Below, in pieces: positions 35,385-45,354 of a stretch of DNA of 64,000 bases. The translations under genes and the position numbers were made by a program. The stretch covers positions 3,286 to 67,285 of the forward strand of contig JALZUQ010000013.1 in NCBI GenBank assembly GCA_023301465.1. The letters are read 5' to 3'. The notes under the pieces are model-generated. The model ran no database searches. It was not told the DNA's origin and saw only the letters and a program-made list of their open reading frames with translations. The stretch comes from Oligoflexales bacterium (GTDB lineage: Bacteria > Bdellovibrionota_B > Oligoflexia > Oligoflexales > JALZUQ01). How positions within the stretch are numbered: position 1 is the first letter of the stretch; the number at the start of each line of letters is the position of its first letter.

Positions 35385-36416
35385 GTGTCATTAACCTATC
35401 TGTTACGCCGCCTACTCCTAGTGATCCCTACCTTTATTGGCATCACTATTTTAGTTTTTGGCATTACCCGTATTGTACCCGGCGGGCCCATCGAAAGAAT
35501 TCTCTCGGAAGCACAGCTAGCTCAGTCTGGAGAAAGCAGTGGACCAAGTGGTGTTATTGGAAGTGCTGCTTCTTCTCTATCTGACGAACAAATGGACCAA
35601 CTAAAAGAGTTTTATGGCTTTGATAAACCAACACCAATTGCTTATGTCCACTGGTTATCAAAGTTGGCCCGTTTAGACTTAGGAACTTCTACACGCTACT
35701 ACGAACCTGTTTGGGATACGATTGCAGAACGCCTACCTATTTCAACTTACTATGGATTACTTAGCTTACTCATTGCGTACCTCATATCTGTTCCTCTAGG
35801 AGTATTAAAAGCTATTAAGCACAGAACCTTCATCGACAACAGTACGTCAATTTTAATTTTTGTCGGTTATGCAATTCCTCCACTTGTGATTGCCGTTCTT
35901 CTACAAGCATGGCTTGGTGCATATATGGAGTGGTTTCCACTTGGTGGCTTTATGAGTGATGAGTTCAGTGATCTAAGCTTTTTTGGAAAAGTAAAAGACC
36001 TTTTCTGGCACAGTTTTTGTCCTCTGATTGCTTATATTGCAGGTAGTTTTGCATTAATGACCATGATGATGAAAAACGCTTTAATGGATAACTTATCTGC
36101 AGATTATGTTCGAACCGCAATGGCAAAAGGCCTAAGTTTTAAGTGGGCTGTCATGAAGCACGCGATGCGAAATAGCCTTATCCCTCTTGCAACTCACTTT
36201 GGAAATAACATTGGTTTTTTCTTAGCAGGCTCTCTATTTATTGAGCAGGTTTTTAATATTGATGGTTTTGGGTTACTTGGATACGAATCTCTTTTAGAAA
36301 GAGACTATCCGGTTGTGATGGGTATTTTAGCAATCACCGCCGTTTTACAATTGATTGGTAATATCTTGTCTGATTTTTGTGTTGCACTAGTTGATCCACG
36401 GGTACAGTTTGAATGA
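35385..36416 (+). CDS. Peptide ABC importer permease (OppB/DppB/YejB type)
   Basis: 343 aa with N-terminus YLLRRLLLVIPTFIGITILVF and the EAA-type loop ADYVRTAMAKGLS. It is first in a five-gene operon. Confidence 0.85.
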   Translation: MSLTYLLRRLLLVIPTFIGITILVFGITRIVPGGPIERILSEAQLAQSGESSGPSGVIGSAASSLSDEQMDQLKEFYGFDKPTPIAYVHWLSKLARLDLGTSTRYYEPVWDTIAERLPISTYYGLLSLLIAYLISVPLGVLKAIKHRTFIDNSTSILIFVGYAIPPLVIAVLLQAWLGAYMEWFPLGGFMSDEFSDLSFFGKVKDLFWHSFCPLIAYIAGSFALMTMMMKNALMDNLSADYVRTAMAKGLSFKWAVMKHAMRNSLIPLATHFGNNIGFFLAGSLFIEQVFNIDGFGLLGYESLLERDYPVVMGILAITAVLQLIGNILSDFCVALVDPRVQFE

Positions 36417-37462
36417 TAAAACTTCGATTTGATCCATTAACCCTAAAAAAGTTTCGTAGGTTTCGCGAGATTAAGCGTGGCTATTACTCGCTTTTGATCA
36501 TGCTATTCTTACTATTTGCAGCGATGTTTGCAGAGCTCTGGATAAATAGCCGCCCGCTGATGGTGAAGTATGAAGGTCAGTATTTCTTTCCCACATACGG
36601 ATCTATTATTCCGGGCACGGAGTTTGGCTTAGATTATCCGTCTGAAACAAAATACCGCGAGCTTCTCAAAAAGTTTGAAGGTCAAAATGAAAATTGGGCT
36701 CTTATGCCGCTTATTCCATATAACGCTGTAGAAACCCATTCGATTGAAGGTGAATATCCACCTTACCCACCTAATGCAAAGCTCAAACACTACCTTGGCA
36801 CTGACACTATTGGAAGAGATATTGTTGCAAGACTAGTCTACGGATTTAGGATTTGTATCTTTTTTTCTTTATTGGTTTTGGTTTTTAGTTATGCAATTGG
36901 CATCATTATGGGCTGTGCTATGGGTTTTTTAGGTGGAAAATTCGATATGATCATGCAAAGAATCATTGAGATTTGGTCTAATATTCCTGTTCTTTATATC
37001 ATTATTGTCATCGCTTCAATTGTCACACCTAATTTTTGGATCATGGTCACACTTGCCGTTATCTTTGGCTGGCATCCCATTACTTACTATATGAGAGCGG
37101 TAACTTATAAAGAAAAAGCTAGGGAATATGTTCAAGCAGCAAGATCACTTGGTGCATCTCCCATGAGAATCATCCTCAAACAAATCATGCCCAACACCTT
37201 GTCGGTGGTTGTTACTTTTGCCCCTTTTGCAATCGCAGGTGGTATCACCATGATTACTGCACTTGATTACCTAGGCTTTGGACTGCCTGCACCAACACCG
37301 AGCTGGGGGGAGTTACTGTCGCAAGGCCAAAAAAATCTCGACGATTACTGGATCGTATGGTCCGTTATTGTATTTATGATTTCCGTCTTAGTGATGGTTA
37401 CATTTATAGGGGAAGCGGTTCGCGAAGCCTTTGACCCCAAAAAATTTACTGTTTATAAATAG
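36413..37462 (+). CDS. Peptide ABC importer permease (OppC/DppC/YejE type)
   Basis: 349 aa with HYLGTDTIGRDIVARLVYG and YVQAARSLGASPMRII motifs. It overlaps the upstream permease gene by 4 nt. Confidence 0.85.
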   Translation: MIKLRFDPLTLKKFRRFREIKRGYYSLLIMLFLLFAAMFAELWINSRPLMVKYEGQYFFPTYGSIIPGTEFGLDYPSETKYRELLKKFEGQNENWALMPLIPYNAVETHSIEGEYPPYPPNAKLKHYLGTDTIGRDIVARLVYGFRICIFFSLLVLVFSYAIGIIMGCAMGFLGGKFDMIMQRIIEIWSNIPVLYIIIVIASIVTPNFWIMVTLAVIFGWHPITYYMRAVTYKEKAREYVQAARSLGASPMRIILKQIMPNTLSVVVTFAPFAIAGGITMITALDYLGFGLPAPTPSWGELLSQGQKNLDDYWIVWSVIVFMISVLVMVTFIGEAVREAFDPKKFTVYK

Positions 37463-37474
37463 GGAGAGTGTTAC

Positions 37475-39340
37475 ATGAAAATTCTATGGATTTTAGGGAT
37501 TGTCAGCTTACTATCTGGCTGCAATCAATGTTCATCTCAAGAATCAACAGATGGAGCACAAACCACTACCAGCACGAATACCGCAGATTTAAAAAGCTAT
37601 CCAAATACTCCTATCACTGAAGAAAATCTAAAGTGGTTAACAAACGAAACTGATGCACCTCTTGGTAGTCCTGACGCTATAAAAGGAGGAACATTTAAAG
37701 CATTCATGCTTACTTACCCCCTTACTTTCAGAAGCGTTGGCCCTGACTCGAATCATAGCCTGCGTTCTTTATTCTTGGACAATGATCTTTCTTTGATTTA
37801 CTCACACCCAAATACTCAAAACATCATTCCCGGCATTGCAGAAAGTTGGGCTTTTAGTTCTGATAAAAAATCTATGTATTTCAAAATCAACCCAAACGCA
37901 CGCTGGAGTGATGGAGTTCCTATCAGAGCGGATGATTTTATGTATATGTTAGAGTTCTACAGATCAAAACACATACTTTCACCATTTAGAAACAACTACT
38001 ACACAGAGATGATTGACAAGATTGTTAAACATGACGATTTAACGATTTCAATATCTTCTACCAAGCCCAGACCGGATATCCATGAATACCTTGCTTTAGG
38101 ACCAGTTCCGAGACATTTTTACGGCGTAATCGACAAGGATTTTGTCAAAAAATATAACTGGTCTATCATTCCTAACTCAGGCCCTTATATTCTAGAGAAG
38201 TTTTCTAAAGGAAAATCCTTAGTATTTAAACGCAAAAAAGACTGGTGGGCTAAAGATCTTCGATTTAATAAAGGTCGTTTTAATGTAGACAGAATATCCT
38301 TTAAGACCATTCGCGATCAAAATACGGCTTTTACTTACTTTATGAAAGGTCAATTAGACTCTTTTAATTTAACTCAACCTGATTATTGGTACAAAGATGA
38401 AAAAGCTAGACCACTTGTAAACGGTTATATCAAAAGGCATGTTTTCTATAATGACCTTCCACGGCCCAGTCGTGGTTTTTGGATGAACCAAGCGAGTGTT
38501 TTACTGAGCGATATCCATATCAGAAGAGGCATCGCTTACTCCATTGACGCTAATAAAGTTATTAAACAAGTGTTAAGAGGAGAATCACAAAGACTCAGTC
38601 AAGTTTTTACTGGTTATGGTAAATACACCAACCCAAATATCAAACCACTTCCTTTCGACCCAAAAAAAGCTGCTGCATCATTCGCAAAAGCTGGGTTCAC
38701 CAAACGTGGTGGCGACGGAATCTTAATGAAAGGCAGACAAAGACTTTCTATAGAAGTTCGTTACGGCAATAAGCAAAACGGTGACCGCCTTGCTATTGTA
38801 AAAGAATCAGCAAAAGAAGCAGGGTTAGAGTTAGTCATCAAGTATATGGATGGCTCTGCTTTTTTCAAAAGTGTTCTTGAGAAAAAACACCAAATTGCAT
38901 TTATGGGATGGAGCGTGAGCTCCAAACCTAGCTACTGGCAAGGATTTCATACAGACAACGCAAATAAGCCACAAACGAACAACATCACCAACACGAGCGA
39001 TCCAGCTCTGGATAAAAAAATCGAAATTTACCGTGCATCTATCAATACCGATGAACGTATTAGCCTAGCAAAAGAGATACAACAGATGATTCAAGACCGT
39101 GTTTTACAAATTCCATCTTGGGAAGCTTTTTACTTTCGCAACGGTTACTGGAGATGGTGGAAACTTCCAAAGGTGCCTGGAAGTAAAGAATCTGGATCAA
39201 GCTTTGATCCAACAGGTTACACAAGTGGCGGGCTGTACTGGTATGACAAGGCTGAGCACGACAAAGTAAAAGCGGCAATGAAATCAAAAACAAAACTAGA
39301 CAACACGGTTGAAACTTATGACCAATACAAAACAAACTAA
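37475..39340 (+). CDS. Family-5 peptide-binding lipoprotein (OppA/YejA-like)
   Basis: 621 aa with lipobox LLSGC. The size and position inside the operon fit a cluster-C/family-5 solute-binding protein. Confidence 0.8.
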   Translation: MKILWILGIVSLLSGCNQCSSQESTDGAQTTTSTNTADLKSYPNTPITEENLKWLTNETDAPLGSPDAIKGGTFKAFMLTYPLTFRSVGPDSNHSLRSLFLDNDLSLIYSHPNTQNIIPGIAESWAFSSDKKSMYFKINPNARWSDGVPIRADDFMYMLEFYRSKHILSPFRNNYYTEMIDKIVKHDDLTISISSTKPRPDIHEYLALGPVPRHFYGVIDKDFVKKYNWSIIPNSGPYILEKFSKGKSLVFKRKKDWWAKDLRFNKGRFNVDRISFKTIRDQNTAFTYFMKGQLDSFNLTQPDYWYKDEKARPLVNGYIKRHVFYNDLPRPSRGFWMNQASVLLSDIHIRRGIAYSIDANKVIKQVLRGESQRLSQVFTGYGKYTNPNIKPLPFDPKKAAASFAKAGFTKRGGDGILMKGRQRLSIEVRYGNKQNGDRLAIVKESAKEAGLELVIKYMDGSAFFKSVLEKKHQIAFMGWSVSSKPSYWQGFHTDNANKPQTNNITNTSDPALDKKIEIYRASINTDERISLAKEIQQMIQDRVLQIPSWEAFYFRNGYWRWWKLPKVPGSKESGSSFDPTGYTSGGLYWYDKAEHDKVKAAMKSKTKLDNTVETYDQYKTN

Positions 39341-40322
39341 AGACCCAATCCTTGAGGTAAAAAACCTCGCCGTTGGGTTTCAAACAGACCGAGGCCTCCT
39401 CACTGCTGTCGACGATGTCAGTTTTGAGGTTTACCCCGGAGAGACTCTAGGAATTGTTGGTGAATCCGGCTGTGGTAAAAGCGTAAGCTCTATGGCGATC
39501 ATGGGACTTTTACCAAGACCTGCTGGCCGAGTCACAAACGGTGAGATTATATTTGAAGGCAAGGACCTCAACAAAGCACCTTTGGAACACATGTACAAAG
39601 TTCGAGGCAACCAAATTGGCATGATCTTTCAAGAGCCCATGACTGCACTAAACCCGGTTCATACCATTCAAAAACAACTTGGAGAAGCGTTTAGACTCCA
39701 CCACCCAGACATGACCGAAGAAACTATCTTTGAAAAATCCGTTGAGATGCTCACAAAGGTAGGTATTCCTGCACCAAGAATGAGAATCCTTGATTTTCCT
39801 CATCAACTATCAGGAGGAATGAGGCAAAGAGCCATGATTGCCATCGCTCTTGCGTGTAACCCAGAACTTTTAATTGCCGATGAACCAACAACCGCATTAG
39901 ATGTCACCATCCAAGCTCAGATTCTTGATCTATTGAAGTCACTTCAAAAAGACCTTGGCATGGCCATGATATTTATCACCCATGACCTTGGTGTTGTTTC
40001 TCATGTATGTGACCGTGTTCTTGTCATGTATGCAGGCCGTGCTGTCGAAGTTGCACCGACTGATGTGATCTTCAAAAACCCTCAGCACCCTTACACCAAA
40101 GGCCTTCTTTCTTCATTGCCGAGCTTTCACACCAAACCCAAAGCAAAACTTCAAACCATCGAAGGTCAAGTTCCGTCCCTTGCAAACATGCCTACAGGCT
40201 GCCGTTTTGCTGACAGGTGCGAATACGTCCAAGACAAGTGCCGCGAAGAAACCCCTATTCTAGAAAACATTCGTGAAAACCATCAAATACGTTGTATCCG
40301 CCATAAGGAAATATCCTCATGA
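39318..40322 (+). CDS. Peptide ABC importer ATPase (OppD/DppD type)
   Basis: GESGCGKS (Walker A), [19 protein letters not shown], and the C-terminal oligopeptide-transporter extension with a Cys cluster ([14 protein letters not shown]). I take ATG 39318 rather than TTG 39309. Confidence 0.9.
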   Translation: MTNTKQTKDPILEVKNLAVGFQTDRGLLTAVDDVSFEVYPGETLGIVGESGCGKSVSSMAIMGLLPRPAGRVTNGEIIFEGKDLNKAPLEHMYKVRGNQIGMIFQEPMTALNPVHTIQKQLGEAFRLHHPDMTEETIFEKSVEMLTKVGIPAPRMRILDFPHQLSGGMRQRAMIAIALACNPELLIADEPTTALDVTIQAQILDLLKSLQKDLGMAMIFITHDLGVVSHVCDRVLVMYAGRAVEVAPTDVIFKNPQHPYTKGLLSSLPSFHTKPKAKLQTIEGQVPSLANMPTGCRFADRCEYVQDKCREETPILENIRENHQIRCIRHKEISS

Positions 40323-41302
40323 CCCATTCTGAAAATCAGGCACTCCTTCAAGTAAAAGACTTAGTAAAATACTACCCTATCCGCGGTGGTCTTTTCTTTC
40401 GAGAGATAGCACGCGTCCACGCTGTTGATGGAATTAGCTTTGAAATTAAACCCGGCCAAACCCTTGGATTAGTTGGGGAATCTGGTTGTGGAAAATCAAC
40501 CGTAGGTCGCACTCTCATCAAACTTCACGAAGCAAACTCTGGCCAAATTATTTTTGACGGACACGATATCACCCACCTTAGTCGCAAAGACTTCCGACCT
40601 CACCGTGAAAATATTCAATTTATCTTTCAAGATCCGTATGAATCTCTTAATCCACGACACACCGTCAGACAGGTCCTAGAAGAGCCTTATTTGATTCATT
40701 GTAACTATTCAAAGAAAGAACGCATAAAACGAATAGAAGAGCTTCTAGAGCTCGTGGGACTCCCTAAAACAGCAATCCACAAATACGCTCATGAATTTTC
40801 TGGCGGTCAACGTCAAAGAATTGGAATTGCAAGAGCCCTCGCACTGAAACCAAAATTAATTATCTGTGATGAACCCGTTTCAGCTTTGGATGTTTCCGTA
40901 CAAGCCCAAGTCATGAACCTGATGGTAGATCTTCAAAAAGAATTTAACCTATCTTATTTGTTTATTGCTCACGACCTATCAGTCGTAAAGCACCTCTGTG
41001 ACGAAATTGCTGTGATGTATCTTGGTAAGATCGTCGAAAAGGGCCCAGCGGAAGAATTATTCAACTCTCCAAAACACCCATACACGAAAGCATTGATATC
41101 TGCAGTTTGTCATGTCGGTGATGAATCCAACAAAGAAAGAATCATTTTGGAGGGAGAAGTTCCATCACCTATTTCTCCACCATCAGGGTGCAGGTTCCAC
41201 ACAAGGTGCCCATACACTGAAGCAAAGTGCCGAAACCAAGTACCAGAAGTACAACTTGATGGTGACACGCTAGTGGCCTGCCATTTTCATAAAGAAATTT
41301 GA
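40319..41302 (+). CDS. Peptide ABC importer ATPase (OppF/DppF type)
   Basis: [35 protein letters not shown], and the C-terminal CRFHTRCPYTEAKC motif. It overlaps the upstream gene by 4 nt. Confidence 0.9.
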   Translation: MTHSENQALLQVKDLVKYYPIRGGLFFREIARVHAVDGISFEIKPGQTLGLVGESGCGKSTVGRTLIKLHEANSGQIIFDGHDITHLSRKDFRPHRENIQFIFQDPYESLNPRHTVRQVLEEPYLIHCNYSKKERIKRIEELLELVGLPKTAIHKYAHEFSGGQRQRIGIARALALKPKLIICDEPVSALDVSVQAQVMNLMVDLQKEFNLSYLFIAHDLSVVKHLCDEIAVMYLGKIVEKGPAEELFNSPKHPYTKALISAVCHVGDESNKERIILEGEVPSPISPPSGCRFHTRCPYTEAKCRNQVPEVQLDGDTLVACHFHKEI

Positions 41303-41314
41303 TTGATCTAATTG

Positions 41315-41956
41315 CTAAAGAAATGACCTAACAACTGCCGTGAGACCATTAATAATAAATTGAATCGCGATGGCCGTTAACAAGATACCCATCAGCTTTG
41401 TCAGTAAGTTCAAACCTGTCTTACCTAATATTTTATAAAGTAAGTTTGACATCTTTAAAATTAAAAAACAGCACAGTATTGCTAAGGTGATTGCCAACAA
41501 CAATGAAATGATGCGAATATCACTTGCAGCTTTTGATGAGTACAGTACGACTGTTGAAATGGATCCGGGGCCAGCCAGAAGTGGAATCGCTAAAGGGAAT
41601 ACCGAAATATCATCTCTATCAATGGATTCTATTTTTTCTTCTGAACTCACGCGGTTTCGATTATCGCTTAATTGAGCTAAACCAAATTTCAAAAGCAAAA
41701 TCCCGCCAGCAATCTGAAAAGCAGGTAATGTAATTCCAAATACTCTAAAAATTGCCATACCGCTTGCTGCGAAGGTACACAATATTGCTAGAGCAATTAA
41801 CGAGGCTTTCAACCTGACATGATTATGTTCTTTGGGGTTATGGATGTCTTGGGTCAAACTCATATAGACAGGAATCACTGCAAATGGATCGACGATGACA
41901 AAAATCGCCACAAATGCGTTGAAAATATAAGTTAGTTCTTGTTGAAGTATATCCAT
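41315..41956 (-). CDS. MarC-family (UPF0056/NAAT) membrane protein
   Basis: The FVAIFVIVDPFAVIPVYMSL signature and six predicted TM helices support the call. I take ATG 41956 rather than 42004. Confidence 0.8.
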   Translation of the reverse strand: MDILQQELTYIFNAFVAIFVIVDPFAVIPVYMSLTQDIHNPKEHNHVRLKASLIALAILCTFAASGMAIFRVFGITLPAFQIAGGILLLKFGLAQLSDNRNRVSSEEKIESIDRDDISVFPLAIPLLAGPGSISTVVLYSSKAASDIRIISLLLAITLAILCCFLILKMSNLLYKILGKTGLNLLTKLMGILLTAIAIQFIINGLTAVVRSFL

Positions 41957-42049
41957 ACCCGACCTTACGGAACACTCAATCGAAGAGTGATGCTTAGTAG
42001 GCACTCATTGCCTAAGAAGGCGGAGTAACGAAGATGGGCCGAGGTGTCA

Positions 42050-42096
42050 ATAAAAAACCCCCAATGATCCGGGCTCCAGCGGATTATTGGGGGTTT
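42050..42096 (-). terminator. Rho-independent terminator of the Lys-rich protein gene
   Basis: On the minus strand: ACCCCCAATAATCC-gctggagccc-GGATCATTGGGGGT followed by TTTTTTA. The 14-bp stem has one mismatch. Confidence 0.7.
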
Positions 42097-42133
42097 GAAA
42101 TTCGACTATACGAAAGATGAGTCCTCTAGATGA

Positions 42134-42712
42134 CTATTTCTTCTTACGTTTAGTTGCTTTCTTCTTAGCAGGCTTACGCTTAACTGCTTTTTTCTTAGCA
42201 GGCTTACGCTTAACTGCTTTTTTCTTAGCTGGTTTACGCTTAGCTGCTTTTTTCTTAGCTGGCTTACGCTTAGTAGCTTTTTTCTTCGTTGCTTTTTTCT
42301 TCGTAGTCTTACGTTTTTTAGCAGTTGTTTTTCTTTTAGCAGTTTTACGCTTAGTAGCTTTCTTCTTAGTCTTACGCTTAGTAGCTTTTTTCTTAGTTAC
42401 TTTACGCTTCGTAGCTTTACGCTTAGTTGCTTTCTTCTTAGTCTTACGCTTAGTAGCTTTTTTCTTCGTTACTTTACGCTTAGTAGCTTTTTTCTTCGTT
42501 ACTTTCTTCTTTTTCTTCGTTGCTTTCTTCTTTGTCTTACGTCTGGTTGTTTTTTTAGCAGTTGTTTTACGCTTTGCTACTTTTTTCTTCGTTGCTTTTT
42601 TCTTCGTTTTCTTTTTAGTTGCTTTACGCTTCGTAGTGCTTTTTCTTTTTGTAGCCTTACGCTTCGTTGCCTTCTTCTTCGTTGCTTTTTTCTTTGTTCT
42701 TTTCTTTGCCAC
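42134..42712 (-). CDS. Histone-H1-like / Hc-like lysine-rich repeat protein
   Basis: GTG start 5 nt after a perfect AAGGAGG. The 192 aa consist almost entirely of K/R/T/A/P in KKKATKRK and KRKPAKKKA(V/A) repeats. A terminator lies directly downstream. The long opposite-strand ORF is the hydrophobic mirror image. Confidence 0.7.
   Translation of the reverse strand: MAKKRTKKKATKKKATKRKATKRKSTTKRKATKKKTKKKATKKKVAKRKTTAKKTTRRKTKKKATKKKKKVTKKKATKRKVTKKKATKRKTKKKATKRKATKRKVTKKKATKRKTKKKATKRKTAKRKTTAKKRKTTKKKATKKKATKRKPAKKKAAKRKPAKKKAVKRKPAKKKAVKRKPAKKKATKRKKK
42150..42700. repeat. Imperfect tandem coding repeats (about 24-30 nt period) inside the Lys-rich gene
   Basis: The unit gcaggcttacgcttaactgcttttttctta occurs twice in direct succession. 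Diverged copies follow (gctggtttacgcttagctgc..., cttacgcttagtagctttt...). Confidence 0.8.
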
Positions 42713-43088
42713 GTTTTCCTCCTTGAAATTCTGAGCTAAAGTTACCTAGGATTCAACTCACTATACTGGAGCCAATCAATATGATGAAAGCAAAAATGCC
42801 TAACATCTAAACTAAGATCATATTTATCATCGGATCAATAATTAAAAAGTTTAATTTAACTAAAGTTATCAATCCACATCATTCAAAATATGACATACTT
42901 TATTATTACCAATTTCATTTTCAGTTTTCAAATTTTTTTTAATAAAATTAGTATTATTTCATCTGTTCGAATCTATCTTTAGATAAAAAAAGACAAAAAA
43001 AAAGATAAAAAACATTTTTTTTATCTTTTTTTACTCAATTAGTTTATCTGCATCTGGAAGCTGTAAACACTGAGCTGCAAGGGTTACA

Positions 43089-43436
43089 TCAAGACATCAT
43101 TCCTGCTTTCATGAATATATCTGCAATATTTTTATCTTTTGACGAACAAACTAAACCATAACGAATTAAATCAAACTTTCCGAAGTCAGGTTTGCTCCAA
43201 ACAACCTCAAAAACAACTTTTTCATCACCAATTTCTAAAGTTAGTGTTTCTCCAATAGAAATTTCTTCTGCAGACAAGATACCAAGTCCGTTGTCAGATA
43301 CATCAATTGGCTTGCAAGAAATACAACGATCAAACTCATTTCGACGCATTTTTCCCGGCAATAAGCCTGTTAATAACTTACGGCTTTTGTTTCGGCGTTC
43401 TTTTAGTTTTAGATTACCTAAATTGATATACGACAT
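43089..43436 (-). CDS. Stand-alone PilZ-domain (c-di-GMP-binding) protein
   Basis: 115 aa with RRNKSR (RxxxR) followed about 25 aa later by DVSDNGLG (DxSxxG), the bipartite PilZ c-di-GMP motif. Confidence 0.75.
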   Translation of the reverse strand: MSYINLGNLKLKERRNKSRKLLTGLLPGKMRRNEFDRCISCKPIDVSDNGLGILSAEEISIGETLTLEIGDEKVVFEVVWSKPDFGKFDLIRYGLVCSSKDKNIADIFMKAGMMS

Positions 43437-43603
43437 AATTCCTTACCCCTGTGGATCTATTCAACGATCACCTATGTCAAAGATTTCGGTGTTCAAACAC
43501 TTGATCTGAGAAACACTGGGTATCTAAGTAATATTAGCAAGTTATCAGGGTCTTTGTTTCTATACTGCAAGCTTATATGCAACTAAGGTTGAGTATTAAG
43601 GAT

Positions 43604-44566
43604 CTATTTCTTACCTTTTATGTAAAAACGGTAAGGTTTTGGTTCATTTTCTTTTGCAGATAAAGAATCCTCCAAAAACTCACCTAACGAGTCTACAGGA
43701 GACCAAGTAGGATGAGAGGATTGCTCATCTGTGCCAAGAAAACCCTCATAGATCAACTCTACTTCTCTAAAGCCTACTCGCTTTAATAGTTTTGATAACG
43801 CCGAAACGGAAGGTAAAAACCAAAAACCTTTCGCCCCATAGTACTTTGAAGAAGCAATATAACTGACAGGTTTTGGGTCATCAATCCCAGAAGTGTCTAA
43901 GATGACTTCCCCTCCTTTTGAAAGAGAGTCAAAGATATCTTTAAGCATCACCAAGGGGTCACGCCTATGGTAATAAATCCCAAGACACAAAATCGTATCA
44001 AAAAACTTTGGGTATAAGCTTAATTGCTCAACACCTAAAGGCTCCATATAGAGCGGAACTTCTCTATTTAAAAAACTTTTGAAAGTTTCAAAACACTGCC
44101 AATGCTTTGCAACAGGCTCTAACCCCACGACTAACTCTGGCTGCTCTTCTAAAAGCTTCCACATAAAGTAACCGTTATTTGAGCCAATATCACAAACTTT
44201 TTTACCTTGAACATTTAAATGAGGTTTTAATCGAGACCATTTAATAGAGCTATCCCACTCAGCATCAATAGATAGCCCAAAAATATCATAAGGCCCCTTC
44301 CGCCATGGAATAAGATGCTTACAAATCGACTTAATATCTTCAAAGTGTGGAGGGTGACATTCATCTTTTTTACCAATCTTGACTCGTGGGCCAACTACTT
44401 CAAGAAAATCAGTTTTTACATGAGATATTTTTTCTTTTAAAACGAGATAATCTGTTAGCCAAGAGCTTGATTGGTTTTTCTTATGAAACTGAGAACGTAA
44501 CTCTAAGATTTTAGAGCACTTTATTTGATTCGTGTATTTATCTAAGTAGTCTAGCATGGGTCTCAC
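43604..44566 (-). CDS. cmoB: tRNA U34 carboxymethyltransferase CmoB
   Basis: LIPWRKGPYDIFGLSIDAEWDSSIKWSRLKPHL...DIGSNNGYFMWKL...LGIYYHRRDPL is collinear with E. coli CmoB motifs (PWRKGPF, IDTEWRSDWKW, VLYHRR). Confidence 0.85.
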   Translation of the reverse strand: MRPMLDYLDKYTNQIKCSKILELRSQFHKKNQSSSWLTDYLVLKEKISHVKTDFLEVVGPRVKIGKKDECHPPHFEDIKSICKHLIPWRKGPYDIFGLSIDAEWDSSIKWSRLKPHLNVQGKKVCDIGSNNGYFMWKLLEEQPELVVGLEPVAKHWQCFETFKSFLNREVPLYMEPLGVEQLSLYPKFFDTILCLGIYYHRRDPLVMLKDIFDSLSKGGEVILDTSGIDDPKPVSYIASSKYYGAKGFWFLPSVSALSKLLKRVGFREVELIYEGFLGTDEQSSHPTWSPVDSLGEFLEDSLSAKENEPKPYRFYIKGKK

Positions 44567-44569
44567 TCT

Positions 44570-45310
44570 TTAGACTGTCATGGCAAATGTTGCGAAATTG
44601 TGACAACGACTCACTAGGTGAATTTCTTTAAACCCAGCTGAAGCAAAAATAGCTCTGTTTTGTTTTTCGGTTAACGGCACCAAGATATTTTGAAGAGCAA
44701 TGCGTTTGTTTTCAATTTCTTCGATGCTGTATCCTTGATCAAGTTTATATTGATAATACAAATCATCAGAAATTTTTTGAAAGCTAGGACTATCAGACAG
44801 AAGTTTTTCAGAAACAAAAACAATTCCACCCTCTTCTAAACTAAAGTGGATAGATCTCATAAGCTCTAATCGTTGGTCCATTGGAAGAAACTGAAGTAGG
44901 TAGTTTACTACAACCATATGTGAAGCTGGTAACTGAGCATCCATAACACTGCCATGAAATAACTCGACTCTATCACCGAAACCTTTAAGTTTTGCTTTCG
45001 CTATATTGAGCATATCCAAAGAAAAGTCCACCCCAAGAAAGTGCTCTATTTGTGGAAGCTCTTTTGCGAGATGCTCAATTGCTAAACCAGTAGAACAACC
45101 TAAATCCACACAAACCCCACCAGATTCTGGAAGATAATTTGCTGCCCAATGAGTGATCCATTGCTGAGTTTCTCGGTACATAGGAACTGAACGCTCAATC
45201 ATGTCATCAAAGGCGGTTGCAACCTTTAAATCAAACGAAAAAGATCCTTCAGAAAACGGTTCACAAAACACGTTGTCTTTTTGAGATAATATGGGATGAT
45301 TTGAATCCAT
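44570..45310 (-). CDS. cmoA: Carboxy-S-adenosyl-L-methionine synthase CmoA
   Basis: 246 aa with FDDMIERSVPMYRETQ (CmoA signature) and the SAM-binding DLGCSTG. It lies upstream of cmoB on the same strand. Confidence 0.85.
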   Translation of the reverse strand: MDSNHPILSQKDNVFCEPFSEGSFSFDLKVATAFDDMIERSVPMYRETQQWITHWAANYLPESGGVCVDLGCSTGLAIEHLAKELPQIEHFLGVDFSLDMLNIAKAKLKGFGDRVELFHGSVMDAQLPASHMVVVNYLLQFLPMDQRLELMRSIHFSLEEGGIVFVSEKLLSDSPSFQKISDDLYYQYKLDQGYSIEEIENKRIALQNILVPLTEKQNRAIFASAGFKEIHLVSRCHNFATFAMTV

Positions 45311-45354
45311 AGTTCCTAACCTAATTTTCTAAAACACCTATTGGAGTGACTGTT

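Noticed and set aside
42117-42734. 205-aa plus-strand ORF (FFLAGLRLTAFFLAGLRL...) covering the same DNA as the Lys-rich gene
   Set aside because: It is the low-complexity Phe/Leu mirror image of AAG/AAA-rich codons. It has no Shine-Dalgarno. The minus-strand ORF has a perfect AAGGAGG, a GTG start and its own terminator.
43001-43028. AGATAAAAAA..TTTTTTATCT hairpin downstream of the PilZ gene
   Set aside because: The stem is made only of A/T pairs in an A/T homopolymer-rich spacer. It is too weak and too likely by chance to call a terminator.
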